Assembly (NCBI GenBank): GCA_021432655.1
Contig: MU271181.1
Span: 263,189 to 309,835, forward strand
DNA: 46,647 bases
DNA from: Atractiella rhizophila
Taxonomy: Eukaryota
Direction of reading: 5' to 3'
Below the pieces are notes generated by a model. The model ran no database searches. It was not told where the DNA came from and worked only from the letters and a program-made list of their open reading frames with translations. Shown here in pieces: positions 8,988-21,499 of this stretch; within the stretch, counting starts at the first letter, position 1, and each line of letters starts with the position of its first letter. The translations under genes were made by a program, and so were the position numbers.

Positions 8988-11900
8988 GACTATGATGGAA
9001 GACGCGTTTGAAGCGGGAGGCGGTCGGAATAATGCTGTGCGCGACCGTGAGAAATAGAGATGGACATTGAACCCCGGTTAGAAAATGCTTTCCGGCTTTT
9101 CACTTGTTTTTGCGATATGGAGGGACATAGGGCTATGCTGATGGAACGGCCACTGCTCGACCGATGATTCAGCCGAGGTTTTCACCAGCTTTTCACTTGC
9201 CCTTACCTCCCAGACCCCTCTCAGCCAGGACGACTAATTACTCGCTCTAAAGCTATCATCGACCTCAAAGCTTACGACCACTTCCTCGCCTCCGCCGTCT
9301 GCCGTCGCTCCCAGGCTGAGAATGATGAATGGGAACTACTTACCACCATCTGTAACTAGTGAGGAATCGATGTGCCGTGCCGAACAAATCGTGGCGTTGA
9401 GATTGAAGAAGAGGAAGTGAGAGGGAGTAGACCTAGATCGATGAGCGATGGGTTGATTAGGATAGACGGTGAAGGAGTTGCCAGGCAGTTTGCGTTGTCA
9501 TTAAGTATGTGGGAACAAAGGCTGAGTTGCACAGATGTTGGAATGTTGCCGAAAACATGATTTGCATGTCTCGGACGGCCAAGCTCTTCTTATGGATGAT
9601 GGTATTGATGCGATTTGGGAGGAAACTAGTCTATCTCAATACATTGAAGAGAAAGGTAGCATAGGATGAGGTGGAACGGAGGGGAGGGCCCAGTTTTAGA
9701 ATGTAAATGAAGACCGTTTAAGACCTTCTTGACTGAATGTATCCCAACCATTTACTGAACATAAAGGAGGTTTCTCATTCAAGACACAGCGGTAAACACT
9801 TTGCCATTGACAAGATACATTAACTATTCGCTAAACTCAACCCTACGTCATGCCATTTCTATTGAGATTATTTGGAAACAAGACCTGAGTCCCTCTTGTC
9901 CGCTTCAACTGTTCTAATTCATACTATGCAATCTGAAGTATTTGACCACATTATTCTAAGCACTGGTTACAGTTTCTATCTTTTAAAATGCAGTACCACG
10001 GAGAGTCTTTGTTCAAAATCTCCCCACAGGAAGTAGAGTCAGCCGATATCGTCATTGACAAGGTCTTCTATAGTACTTGAACTCGCTGTGGCTACAGCAG
10101 GATATGTTAGCCATTGCGAGAGGGAGGGAGCTCCATCGAGCTCCATCCATTCCTTGAAGCAGTCAACAAGTTGACAACTTTCACAGATTGACGGTGGCCT
10201 TTCGGCAGGTGCGGCAGTGGCCGGAGTGCAAAATAAATGCACAAATGACAGCGTAGCCCCATGTCCCTCCATATTGTGATTTTCCCTAGCTTTTTCCGTC
10301 TTTTCTGTCTAGCAGGAAAACACGGAATATATGGGTTGGGTTACGGTTTTTTTGGCGTTTTTTCCAGCACAAGTGACGAGGTGATTCGCGCAAAAAATAG
10401 GAATTTCCATTATTTCCTTCGGTTTGCCTGATTTTTCATCAATCCATGCCTCCTTCCCCTCCTCCTTCCCAAGTTCCAAGCCCTCCCCCGGCACCCGCTA
10501 CTCCCCTCCCTGCTCCACTATTCTACCCGTCTGTGCATGACCCTCCTTTCCAGCTCTACACAGATACAATCAATCTACCGTTAAAGTAGAGTTAGTAGAA
10601 ACCCTCACCGTGACCTTGACAGCTTTTGATTGCTCTTTCCAACGCCTATTCCAGTCCTAAAACAATTGGCAATCAGCAGAGCAGAGGACATACTAGACAG
10701 AAAGACAAACAGCTTTCTCAGCCGCCGAAAGAAGTGTGTATTCCTTTTTGAAATCCGGTTCTGCCACCATGTTGCCTGCAGCATGCTCTTGCTCGTACTA
10801 TTGCATACGGAACCGTTTGTACATCTCCCTGCATTACCATGAAATGACAGATTTGTACATTAGTTATGAGTTTCTGCCATACTGCACTGCTCACACACCC
10901 TCCACCTAGGATCCGCTTGTTTGTCCCTCCTTTTGGTACGGGGTAGACTCAATATGAAGTGCACAAGATGCCTAGCAACTTTCAGACACATTTAACACAT
11001 AGTATGTGGACAGTGCTTACTGTGAAAGATGACCCACTGTTGTTGACTGCCACGGTCTTCCCAAACATACAAGGTGGTTGTACCCTCTTCTCAGCAAAGG
11101 ATCGCGCAGACCCTGGAATGTTGCCTTTTGCTTTAATGTGTTGGTGAGTTAATGGGAATTTGCATTAAAGGAGCATTGACCAGATGGAGTGCCGTCGACG
11201 GTGCTCTCCCGCATTTAGCAACACTCTCCGCTATCAAGCTGGCGCACCGCTGCTTCTGTAGCGATATCCGTGGTCACAGCAGGTGCATGGTGTATGTTGA
11301 TGAGGGAAACTGGGACGGCTGCTGCATGAGATGAACGTGGCGGATTTGTCATAGCATCTAAAGCTTTCCTATGGTCAGCCTCATGACATTCTGTACCAGG
11401 AAGAATTACTGTGGCTTCTCTCAGATGCTACTATGAGATTGAAGTTATCTTCGGCAATCGTAAGTTGAGTGAGGTTAGTCGAATTTGAGGGATCCAAGGG
11501 AGGCGAAGCGTGGGCTGAACCGGTGACTTGGACAGGAGGGTCACATTCTGCACTCGATTGTAAAGCTCAAGTATATACGTTTAGCTATATTCCTGCATAA
11601 ATCAGAAAAATACTTACCACTATCAAAACAGAATGTTCCAACCCCTGCTTTCTTCATGGGATCTGTTGCCGTGCTAACTTCTTCGACAGGCAGTTGGTGA
11701 TGGTTCACAGTGGTGGCATATTCCACATTGCCCAGCGGCACATGTTTAGCAGAAGCGGAAGTCGTTGTACCTGCAGCTCATCATAATCACAGCCAATCAC
11801 TGCAGTGAGCGTGGCCACTTGAGTCTGCATTGCAAAGCAAACGACACACCTTTGAAGGAGATGGTGGCAACTTGCAATGCAGGATCTATCAGTATAGGAA

Positions 11901-12033
11901 CATCAACAAACCTGCCAGAATATTAGTCTGGAGTGGTATCAGATGAAAATGATGAACATTGTGTGGGAATCTGTTCTTTGCTTCTTGATCCTCTCTGCAG
12001 CGAGAAGTTGGTTCTTGTTCCGCTCTTTTGCTT

Positions 12034-12729
12034 TCACAGGCGGAATTGAGACCTGATTCTGTGGGATACTGGTTGTACTCCGGACGTGACCTCTCCGTTC
12101 CCAGTAGCTTCTTCTACTTTCGGACGCTTCTCGCGACGTCTAATACCGGACCTGAAATGCTCTAATTGACGATGTCTGTTTTCACCAAAGAGATGATCGG
12201 CCATTGCATGTCCTTTGCACTGGGTCAATTTGGGAAACTTGGTCTCAAGCACCGCGACACCACGAATGTGATGGGCATGAGGAATCTGTTGCCACGTCTT
12301 CTCGCAATGAAAAGGTCCATTGTACATCGTTTCCAGAATGTCACTAACCTCTCTCCTGATGTCCATCAGTCTTTCTTCAGAAACATTTGTACCATTTAGG
12401 TCCTTTAGCCATTCATACTTCCTTCCTACCTTGCCTTCTGCTGACGATTTCTGAGACTGAGATCTCCATTTCTTGAATTCAGCACTGGTGAACAGAATGC
12501 TGTGAGGCGGTGTCTTCTGGGAGGGAGGAGGGAGGCTGTACTTCTGATATTCATCAGGGATAATGAACTGTTGGGAAGTACTGGGCTGAGTATGCGAGGG
12601 AGCAGCGGGCTGAGGTCTGTTTTGTGGCGTAATGTTTGACGAAAGATTGCAGAGAGCCAACCTGGAAATTGTTAGGTTTCTTGTTACCCATGGCAAAATG
12701 AAAACAAAACACATACTGAAGAGACTCAT
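12034..12729 (-). other. Hypothetical protein-coding remnant, probably transposon-associated
   Basis: 231-aa ORF with a globular-looking segment (KYEWLKDLNGTNVSEERLMDIRREV..FPKLTQCKGHAMADHL). Family not recognised. Confidence 0.35.
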
Positions 12730-13659
12730 TAAGGCTTCTCAGTTTTTCCACCTCTTTCTTCAACAGGAGATAAAGCGATGTTACCCGTGCTGCTGGGACA
12801 ACGGACTGCTGTTGTCAGGTGTTCATAGGGTCTATTTCGGATGCTAGTAACAGGAAGTTAGGGAACCCATTCGTATAGTTGGATAGAGAGAAATTACATA
12901 CGGGATGCGTAATTGAAGTCTTCAACATCATTATCTCCTTCACCATCAGACCAATGTATGAAACCAAGTTCGGAATCTGAATCTGCAAAGTTGTAAAGAG
13001 GCTTTGTGGCCATATTAAAAGTACGATGCTTTAGATTATTCCCGGTCTATAATATATGAGGGATGCCTTTGTGGTGGTAAATATCGCTAGGGAGTACACA
13101 CGTGAAATAAATTTTCGAAATCACAATTCGGCCAGCTGTATGCCCTTCGCTTGCTTATCACAGTGAATCTGCAATGGAAGAGAGTGGAAGAGGGTATGGG
13201 AGTGTAATTACTCCAAATTTTGTAATGGACAGTGGACAAAACTTGCAAAAAGCTCATATGACCATCATGCCTCATATCGAGAAGCAGATCAGGCGATAGT
13301 GTGGATGGAGTTGTGAAACTGGCATTGACATCCATTCCGAGGAGGAGAGGAGGCCCAATATGGAGGAGCAAGAGACCTTAGGTGACAATCAAGGGGAGTT
13401 GCACGTGCTTGTTTTACATACCAAGTCGAGTTAGACTTGCTGACGACAAAGTTATGGTAATCAAGGCAATTTTGGCACCTCTCACAATGCTAACTATACT
13501 TCCCCTCCTAGCCTTCCTGCTGTTGCAGCCCCTACTGATGACACCATTCAAACAATACTGGATGAACTCGAGCAGCTTGAATATCGGCGACTGGTACGAA
13601 ATGGATGGGCTCGTCCAACGATGGGAGAACAAGGGGAAGAGGAGCCGTAAGATGATTTG

Positions 13660-14150
13660 AGTGAAAATGACGAGGAGGAGGATGAGAATGAGGACAAAGA
13701 GGACAAAGAGCCGGATTAGGGTCCTGGAGGTGAGGAAAATGAGAACCGTTATGGAGAGATGGAGGAATGTAAGTTCAGGTGATCTGGAGATCTACACGTT
13801 ATTATTGACCTTCAACCGGACTAGTGGATGAGCTGGCTGCTAATCTTTTGGCAGTTGGACAAGCAGCTCCATCATATTTCTATCCAACAGGCGACACTCT
13901 GTGAATCTGACCTACAGGCTCACCAAGAGCGAAGATGAGAAAGTATACTCCATTAACGTACGAGCAAATTATATCTCTTGAACTTTTCCTCATCTGCCAT
14001 GGATGTGCTGCTGGGGATTTGTATGACGATCTTTGTAGCTGGGTTCAAGAACGATTTGGGACAGGCACACTTTCTCTTGATCGAATAAGACGTTGCATCA
14101 GGGAGAAGTGCCATATTGTGCCGGAAGCCTGCCCGGAATCCCAGACCAAA
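13660..14150 (+). mobile_element. Possible N-terminal remnant of a CACTA/En-Spm-like fungal transposase
   Basis: Acidic low-complexity stretch, then LTYEQIISLELFL..YDDLCSWVQERF..LSLDRIRRCIREKCHIVP, resembling the segment before the DxC..C motif of such transposases. Truncated at that point. Confidence 0.4.
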
Positions 14151-14785
14151 TCGCGTTCGAATAGATGGGTCCATCAAGAGTTAAATTCTTCAGAAGATAC
14201 GCATGCTTAGCTGCTTTCTTGATCTGTCTGGGCAACGGGTACTACGAGTGAAGGTGTTGGAAATCGACGAGCTGAGGAGCGGAGCTAAGTACGACTTGGT
14301 TACGTCTGGCTGAGCTCTTACAAATACATGAGCACCAGGAAATGGAACTCTATGTGTTTATATAGCTTGCAGCAGTGGCAACTAGAAAGTAGTAGAACAT
14401 TCCAGAAAGCTAAGGAACTTTGCCACTGAGTGGCATGAAACTAGACTGCAAAATCCAACAGGAGGGGAGCAGGCATATGACGGAGCGGCATTGCTGTTAG
14501 AGGCACAGCACTAATTGCAGGGTGCCATTCGCTTTGAAGGCTGAGAGGATGCCAGAGTACTTCCATAACACAATATCACCTCAGCCAGAGCGGTACTATC
14601 GTTACCTCTGTCAACTTGTGGAATAGTCTCAATTTAGTACGGAAACCCGGAATATAAGAAGATATAGGACACAAAATGCATATAGGCATTAGACAATACG
14701 ACAGTGCCTAAGTCCAATCCAGGGATGGAGGAGACCAGGGTCAGGAATGATGTAAGGAAGAGGAGCCGGAAGCTCAATGTTAAGG

Positions 14786-15568
14786 TCAAGGAGAGGGTGG
14801 GAGGTAGGGATGCCAAGCAGGGAGGGCGGATAGACATGGAGACTGACAAGTGGGAGGCGAGTAGGTTGACGAAGGAAAACATGATCCCAGGGGGGTCATA
14901 ATGGGAGGAAGGTTACTGAGAAGGTGGGAGAACATGAAATTGGTGGGACGATAGCCAGAGGGTGGAGGCTTGGATGCAGGGGAGTGGCTGGATCTGATCC
15001 ATTTCGAGGACGTAGACAAGAGTAGGAGTCTCGGAGGTGTGGTGCTTGGAGATCTGGGGGCCAGAGTGGGTAGATGGTGCAGGGTGATGCGAACTAGCCC
15101 TAAGTGCCTCGATCTGCGACAGGAAGCAAGCTTGCTCATGCTCTGGGACTCAGTCCCAAGCAGCAGCAGCAATTTGGGCATATGAAGGAGAAGTGGTAGC
15201 AGGAGGGGGAGGTGCTTGTGTAGGGACAGCTGGGGGAGGGGAGCAGCCACAACCTGCTTATGCAGAGAGATGTTCTCTTCCACGACCTGTGCATATCTTT
15301 TGTCCAGAGCCTCAAGACGGGAAGAAACTTCCTTGAACAGGGGTAAGAGGCTGCGTAGAACTGGCGTGAAGGAGTTGGATGGGTCTGCGGCCCTCAGGGC
15401 CAATTCTACGCTATCCACGGAGTCATTCCCTCTTCTTCTCTTAGATGAGACCTCACCACTAGCATTATGGGAACTACCGCCACTAAGTACATCCTCGTCA
15501 CTGCCGGCCTCCTTCCTCTTTCTACCACCCCCACTCGGCCAGGGTTTTGCCGGGTTTGATGAGCTCAT
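14786..15568 (-). other. Degenerate ORF with basic N-terminus and coiled coil, retroelement ORF1/Gag-like (uncertain)
   Basis: RKRKE..SSKRRR then LFKEVSSRLEALDKRYAQVVEENISLHKQ followed by a Pro-rich tail. The later part looks frameshifted. Confidence 0.35.
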
Positions 15569-15654
15569 TCAAGCTGGTTTCCTATATACTCTCCACCTAT
15601 TGACCAACAATGTACAATTATACTGCCAGAGTTCTAAGTATTGGAGGGGGAATC

Positions 15655-15804
15655 TGTTGAGACTAGGATTCTTCCTATCACACTGGCAAGCATGAAGGAA
15701 AAAATCCTTGTGAGGGGAGGGGGTATATGTGTATTTTACATTGTGGGGCATTGCAAGGCACTCATGTGACCATAGTTGTCACGGTTTGTCGCTTATCTCC
15801 AACA
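15655..15804. mobile_element. Solo LTR (family A) with 5-bp TSD GAATC
   Basis: TGTTGAGA...TCTCCAACA, GAATC on both sides, homologous to 5733-5918. Confidence 0.9.
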
Positions 15805-16033
15805 GAATCAGCTTTGTACCCGCTGCACTACTTCCACATTAACAACCACTGACCAAACAGAGGCTCATAGTCACACAAATTCTCCTGGTCCACTGGACAA
15901 GTTGCTGCCTACTGTGTTGACACCAGAATCTTAATAGCTATGCTCAAAAAAATACCATAGATCCTTAACAGCGCGTCTCTGTACATCCAATAATAATTGT
16001 ATTTATCTCGGATAGCCTGGGAAACCTCACTAT

Positions 16034-16163
16034 TGTTGGAGATATCCAGTGTGGTACGATCACCGCACACGGGTGTACGTACGAACGGTTGATGACCTGC
16101 TCTCCCTAGGTGCTTACCACCAGGGATGAGCAGATCCACAACTATGCATGTTATTTCTCAACA
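16034..16163 (-). mobile_element. Probable short solo LTR (family B) nested in the pogo end
   Basis: Minus strand TGTTGAGAAAT...ATCTCCAACA. Shares ACACCCGTGTGCGGTGATCGTACCACACTRGATA with 32554-32586. Flanks do not form a perfect TSD. Confidence 0.55.
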
Positions 16164-16805
16164 TACTGAATTTCAGAAAAGAATCACATTCTTTTGCTCA
16201 GATACAGTGCTCCGATTGAGGAGTACTCATTCTCAAAAGACTGAAACTTGAGCCCGCTCAGAGGGTCGTGATGACAGATGATGATGAGTTGCGCACTTTC
16301 CTATTTAGGTAACAATCGATCCAGCACATTCAACTCTCAGCCAACTTCCGTAAGCAATCCCCAACATTTCAGCATGAGAGACCATCTATTATGCTTTAGT
16401 GGTTATGTATTAATGATGCAAGTACTCTATTATCCTAATAATGTGAAATACCACTCAAATTAGATTCAGCTTAACCAGCTTCCGGACATCCCATTGCCAT
16501 TGAATCCGTTGTGCATCCTAAGCTCTCAGGGAAGTATTGTGCGAAATTTGGCAATGGAGGACCGTGCTGTGTGGAGGAGATTAAAGTCATGGTGGTGCTA
16601 CTGGGGTAGAATGGATGGTATTTGATGTTGAAGGCTCTGATGTGGTGAGTATGATTGCTGCATCGGTTCAGGGTCCTGTGTGTGAAAGAAAGGTGTTTTT
16701 GCTGGTGGGAGGTACAGTCCAAAGTTGACCAGTGACGGAATTTGTTTTGCTGAAGCACTGGCAGCAGCTGGATGGTCTGATGGACCGGCACATTGTGCTA
16801 CCATC

Positions 16806-19011
16806 TCAGTTAGCATGAGTTTCAAAGGATTGAGAAGAACACACCAGCTTCTTCCTTCTCTTTCCTCTTTGCTTCCCTTGCATTAGCTTTCTCCACTTTT
16901 TCTCATTCCTTCTCCACTTTCTTCTGCACCGTCTCCACTTTCTTCCTCTCTCCTTCCTTTGCTTCTCCTCCGCTGCTTTTTCAACCACTAACATTTTCTC
17001 CCAGGCATCTGAGCCACCCAACAATCGAGCTGTAGTAGTCAATTCAGTCTTCTTGGCAGATTTTGTCTTCGAAGCAACCGTGTGACGCAACTGCCCAATC
17101 TCCATGTCCATCATCACAACTGATGTCCTCAACCTCCCCTCTTCAAACTGTGTCCTCACATGTGCGCTATCCAAAGCTGACAAGGCTCCATAGAGCAGCC
17201 TGGAGTCGCTTTTGACGATAGCTGGATGATCTTACCGTGTTGATCACCGAAGACCGTACGATGTTTTTTTGGGTAGAACTGAGCCGGATTGACTGGGGTG
17301 TGCAGGGTTACTGTTAGAGAGCTCCGAGCTGGGGGATCAGTCAGTGGAGGTTGTGCCGCACTGGGTGCTGGAATGCTGGCTTGAGGTTCGGATCGATGTA
17401 GGGGGCAGGCGGAAGTGTAACAGGAGTAGGTGCTTGTTCGTAGGGGAGACAGGTTGTTGGGTCAATGAGATAGAATCCATGCTCAATTGTGGGAGGTTCC
17501 TCTGGATTGGATGGGTGATCAGAGTCGTCATTGTTGTTAGAATGGCTGGGTGAGCTGGTGAGGGCAAGTTCAAGGTCCGGAGGAATACAATCTGGCAACG
17601 GTGTTCTAGACGAGGTTTGACGGGCAGGAGCAAAGTCAGCTTCCGCAAAGTGATTTCGACTCACAAATTCCCTTCCGGAGTGGTCATGGACTAAGAGTCC
17701 GGTAGCTGCCCAAGCACTGCCAATTGTTGAAGCCTTCATTCCTTCATCACGACATCGTAAGTACCTCTTGATAAGATTTCTCTTGGAGACTTCATGACCA
17801 TCCTCCAACATATCATCTGTTACGTCGCTCCAAGCTTTTCCAATTGGCCCAAACACACCAACCTCGAGAGGTTGCAATTTGTGGGTTGTATGGGGAGGGG
17901 GACAAATTATATTGACAATGTTGCGAAGGTTTTCCCAGACATAGCGAATAATGAGTGCCGATGCATGGGAACCATGGCCGTCAAGGATGAGAAGACAAGG
18001 ACGCTTTGGATCAGGTGGACTTTTGACAAATGGACGTAAACCAGTGTGAACCATAGATAGCCTAGCACCTCATTCGTCCATCCATTCTCTGATATCCCGA
18101 CACTAGAGTGATATGCTGAGCATACATAAAAGCACTTAAGCTGAAGACCAAAAAGGCGTACAAAATGACATTCTTTTGTGCTTCCGTCAAACCCTCTAGC
18201 CAGTTCTTCATAAAACGCTTGCCAGAGAAGATAAAAGCGGGGGCAGAGAATTCCCATCTGCAGTGACACATTCAATAAGTGTAACCAGCTTGTCTGACTT
18301 TGCCCGCTGTACCGATTTCCTCTCAGTGGCACCGATAACACGCCGTTCCCCCAACTTTCGACCTCCTCCCAGTTGCAATCCCTTCTCATCCATATTTGCA
18401 ACATCACACCATCTTATCTTATGCTTGTGCATTGTCTCCTCAATCAAATCAAAATAAGAATTCAGATTTGTCCGATTAAATGCCTTCGCATGTTTGGGAT
18501 CCAAGGGATTTGCTCTGAACGTCTTGATTTCGACTTTCTTCCGTTTCATGAAACTGGGATACCACTTCTTCCCTGGTACTCTTCCAATAATCTTCTTGAC
18601 CACTAAGTTCATGCCTCTCCGGTGAAGAGGTAGGCCAGAATCACCAACCCATCAAAGCCAGCTGACAAGGCAATCTTCTTCTCCAGCACTGAGCAGCCTC
18701 TGATGTTCATGACTTTCCGTGCGACTTAAGCCTCCTTGACACAGCAGCCTTAGTGTACCATAATTCATGTAAACAATCCCTCCCTTGCCATTTAAATAGG
18801 AGTACTGGTGCAATAGCTCTCTGAAGGAGATGATACACTTCGGGTTATTTGTCCTCTTAGCCTCCTCTCTCCTTTCCCAATAAATATTTACTGCCTCAAC
18901 AAAATCCTTTTCTTTCTGGGCAGCTACCTCCTGAGCCTCCTGTCGGACCTTTCTTCTTCCAACAAGGCATTTGGAGGATGGTGGGAAGTGTGAGGAAAAG
19001 ACGGAAGGCAC
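16806..19011 (-). pseudogene. DDE_1 (pogo/Fot1) transposase pseudogene
   Basis: CENP-B HTH-like LLSAGEEDCLVSWL*W..GKKWYPSF, plus NMDEKG, SENGWTN, LLILDGHGSH and PPHTTHKLQPLEVGVFGP. In-frame TGA at 18652-18654 and frameshifts near 18240 and 18055. Confidence 0.9.
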
Positions 19012-19736
19012 GTCATGTCAAAGAAGACAATCAAAGACAATCAAACAGAGTGCACGGTTGTTCCGCTTGCATGTGACCCAAAAGTGTGTCATGCTGCACA
19101 CTTTAACTCTAATTTGTGTATTTTGCACACTTTGCCTCCTCAAGTTGAATTGCCTTCAACAGGCTGTCTTTCAGCAAATTGCAGTCAGATCATTAAGGGT
19201 GTTTAGAATATGAAAGACTTGAACTAAGTCTTGAGATTGCAAAGAAAAAATCCAGTAATTGCATATAGGTAGTTGAAAAACACAGATTTTATGAAACACT
19301 ACATTTTCATTGATATCTCTGAGAGATTACAAGCAATGGTCTCGCCGTTTGGAGACAAAATCTGCACACAGGTGCGAAGATCTTGAATCCAGAATATCTA
19401 AGGACTGGAGCGAATTTTGAGGGACGTCAATATGTGATGTTAAGGATCTGGGTCTGTTAAGGTTCTGGTGTCAACAGAGTAGTGAGTAAATAATATTTAT
19501 TTGTTGTAGCCGAGCTAGGTCGTTCTCTTTTCGTATCTCACACTCTCACCAACAAACTACCTTTGAGAACCGATCGTGTTCCTTGATTCTACATGTGCTG
19601 GCAATTAGAGTCGGATACGCATAAGTAACGAGTTTCACAACATTCAGATGTTGAAATTCTCTCACTTTGTCGGAGGGTGGGGCGGTGCAGAGGAAGGGAA
19701 GGTGCGCTGCGACCGTCTCCAGGAGTCAGGAGGACA

Positions 19737-19900
19737 GCAGACCCGTCGCCCAAGGGGTCGGAGTTGGTCGGCGATAAAACTGGTCGACCAGTTTTGACCT
19801 GCTTTTTGGCTGGAAATTTTCTCAAAATTGAAGGCCAAAACCATTTTTCGCTTGCGGCCTCCGGCCTCTTGCGCAAACCCCTGGGGGCGACCAGTTTGCC
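19737..19900 (+). repeat. Multi-hairpin dispersed element, copy 2
   Basis: GCAGACCCGTCGCCCAAGGGGT...ACCCCTGGGGGCGACCAGTTTGCC with perfect palindrome AAAACTGGTCGACCAGTTTT (19776-19795). Confidence 0.9.
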
Positions 19901-21133
19901 GACCATGCTGCCATCCAGCCGGCAGGAGCAGGAGGGCGGTCGCATCAACATACTTCATCTGATTTTTTTACAGAGACAACTTCAAGTTCCACATCTTGCT
20001 CTTGCACCTTCCTCTTTCTACCAACCTTCCGACTCCTCTTGTCGCTCCGTCACTCCAGCTTCAGATGTTCCGTCCCTTCCCCTCCCACTGTTCGCAGAAG
20101 ATGGAAAGCTGGAGGGGATCGAATCGTTATCAAAAAGAGCGGAGAAGAGATGGAAGCGGTAGCTGGTGCTGGTGAGTGGTTTGCTGATTTGCCGTTGCAG
20201 GGAGAGTGACCAGTTAAGGAGATGCAAGGTTGGTCTTGACCTTTGCGAACAGCGGTCGTGGAGGAGTTTTTAAAACGGGCCATGGTGAGTGTTTTGGATG
20301 CTTTGCATGCTATGTCGCACATCGGAGGATATTTGTGAGCTCTTGCCTTCCTCCCTTCATCGTACCAATAAAGTCGAGACCTAGGTTACTAGATATCTTC
20401 AAGTTCAAGGCTGCCTGTGGAGGTATACTCCTTGTTGCGACCACGATGCATGTCACACCAAAGTCTGTGTTTTATCCTTTCAATTTCTTCATTCCTTTCT
20501 TTATTTTGGTTTCTATCTTACTTTGTGGATTGTTGGAGACACAATTGGATCTGTAGCATGGTCAATCAGTTCAGTGGACAGTTCATAATCCCGTCTTTGG
20601 GGCTGTCGTATGGTTTCCAGGCTGGTGCTCAATTGTGTTAGGCTCGTGAAAAAGACAACTGTGTCTCATTTGTCCCTTCCTTTCCCACCTCTGTCTTCAT
20701 GATAGATTGGGCATTCATGACGCCAAAAGCAGAAAACCTCGTCGCTCATCGATTGTAAGCCCCGACACTCCACATTTGTATGTCCTAATTCTTGCCGGCT
20801 ACCTTCTAACAATGGGCCATTACCAGGATAAGAAGACAACACAGGGTGTGGGAAGAACAGTTGTCAGAAATTGGGGGTAGTGCTGAGCAGGTGGGTATCT
20901 TTCTTAATACACCAGCAACAGCTTTCAAAGAAAATCAAGAAAGCATTTGGAGCCCGGCGACAGCGACCGTTCTAAACACGTCTTACCGCGCCAGGGCGGT
21001 CTATGATGTATCCGTAAAATTGAGGTTCCAAATCCTCCTCAATCTGCAACCGACAGTTTCCTCATTATGACAAGTGAGCTACAATTTCGAAATGTCTTCT
21101 CGTACGAATCGTAGGTTGAAGGCGACGAACGAG

Positions 21134-21173
21134 GTGGATATCAGAAGGACGTGGTGGATATCAGAAGGACGTG
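21134..21173. repeat. 20-bp perfect tandem duplication
   Basis: GTGGATATCAGAAGGACGTG x2. Confidence 0.85.
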
Positions 21174-21499
21174 GAGGATATAGTTGTGGTCTTGCATAGA
21201 GGCATGACAGAGACCGGATGACTACAAGCTGTGTTCCAAAGCAACATGCATAAGCACATATGCAGGGGAGAGGGAAGAGCATGAAGGAACAAAGTAAAAA
21301 TGGCTCAATCACGAAAATGAGTGCAAAGAATGTGCCAGACCCCTTTCCTGGCAGCTGTCGTTGTGGCAACGTCAGTTTCTTACCCCTCTGTCTTCCATGT
21401 TTTTCTCATCAAACGCTGGTTAGGATCCGAAGGTTTCTTGGAGTTGTTCCTCATACGTCTCTTGAGTTGGGGTTATCATGTCTTCACTGACATCGGGGA

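Larger units (their letters stand above)
15912..19479 (-). mobile_element. Full-length but inactivated Tc1/mariner pogo/Fot1-type DNA transposon
   Basis: TA|CTGTGTTGACACCAGAATCTTAA at left and TTAAGGTTCTGGTGTCAACAGAG|TA at right (TIR with TA TSD). Both ends also carry AGATCCTTAACA. Confidence 0.88.

Noticed and set aside
9170..9240. Possible further degenerate copy of the hairpin element (ACCAGCTTTTCACTTGC..ACCCCT..GACGACTAATT)
   Set aside because: Too few matching bases to call by eye; needs a profile search.
10300..10450. AT/GC-patterned stretch resembling a DNA-transposon terminus
   Set aside because: No partner inverted repeat or TSD found in the window.
15642..15654. GGAGGGGGAATC before the LTR looked like a polypurine tract of a full retrotransposon
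   Set aside because: GAATC is duplicated on both sides of the LTR, so it is a solo LTR and the purine run is target sequence.
20050..20283. MARFKNSSTTAVRK resembles a histone H3 N-terminus
   Set aside because: No ARKSTGGKAP motif and no histone fold follows.
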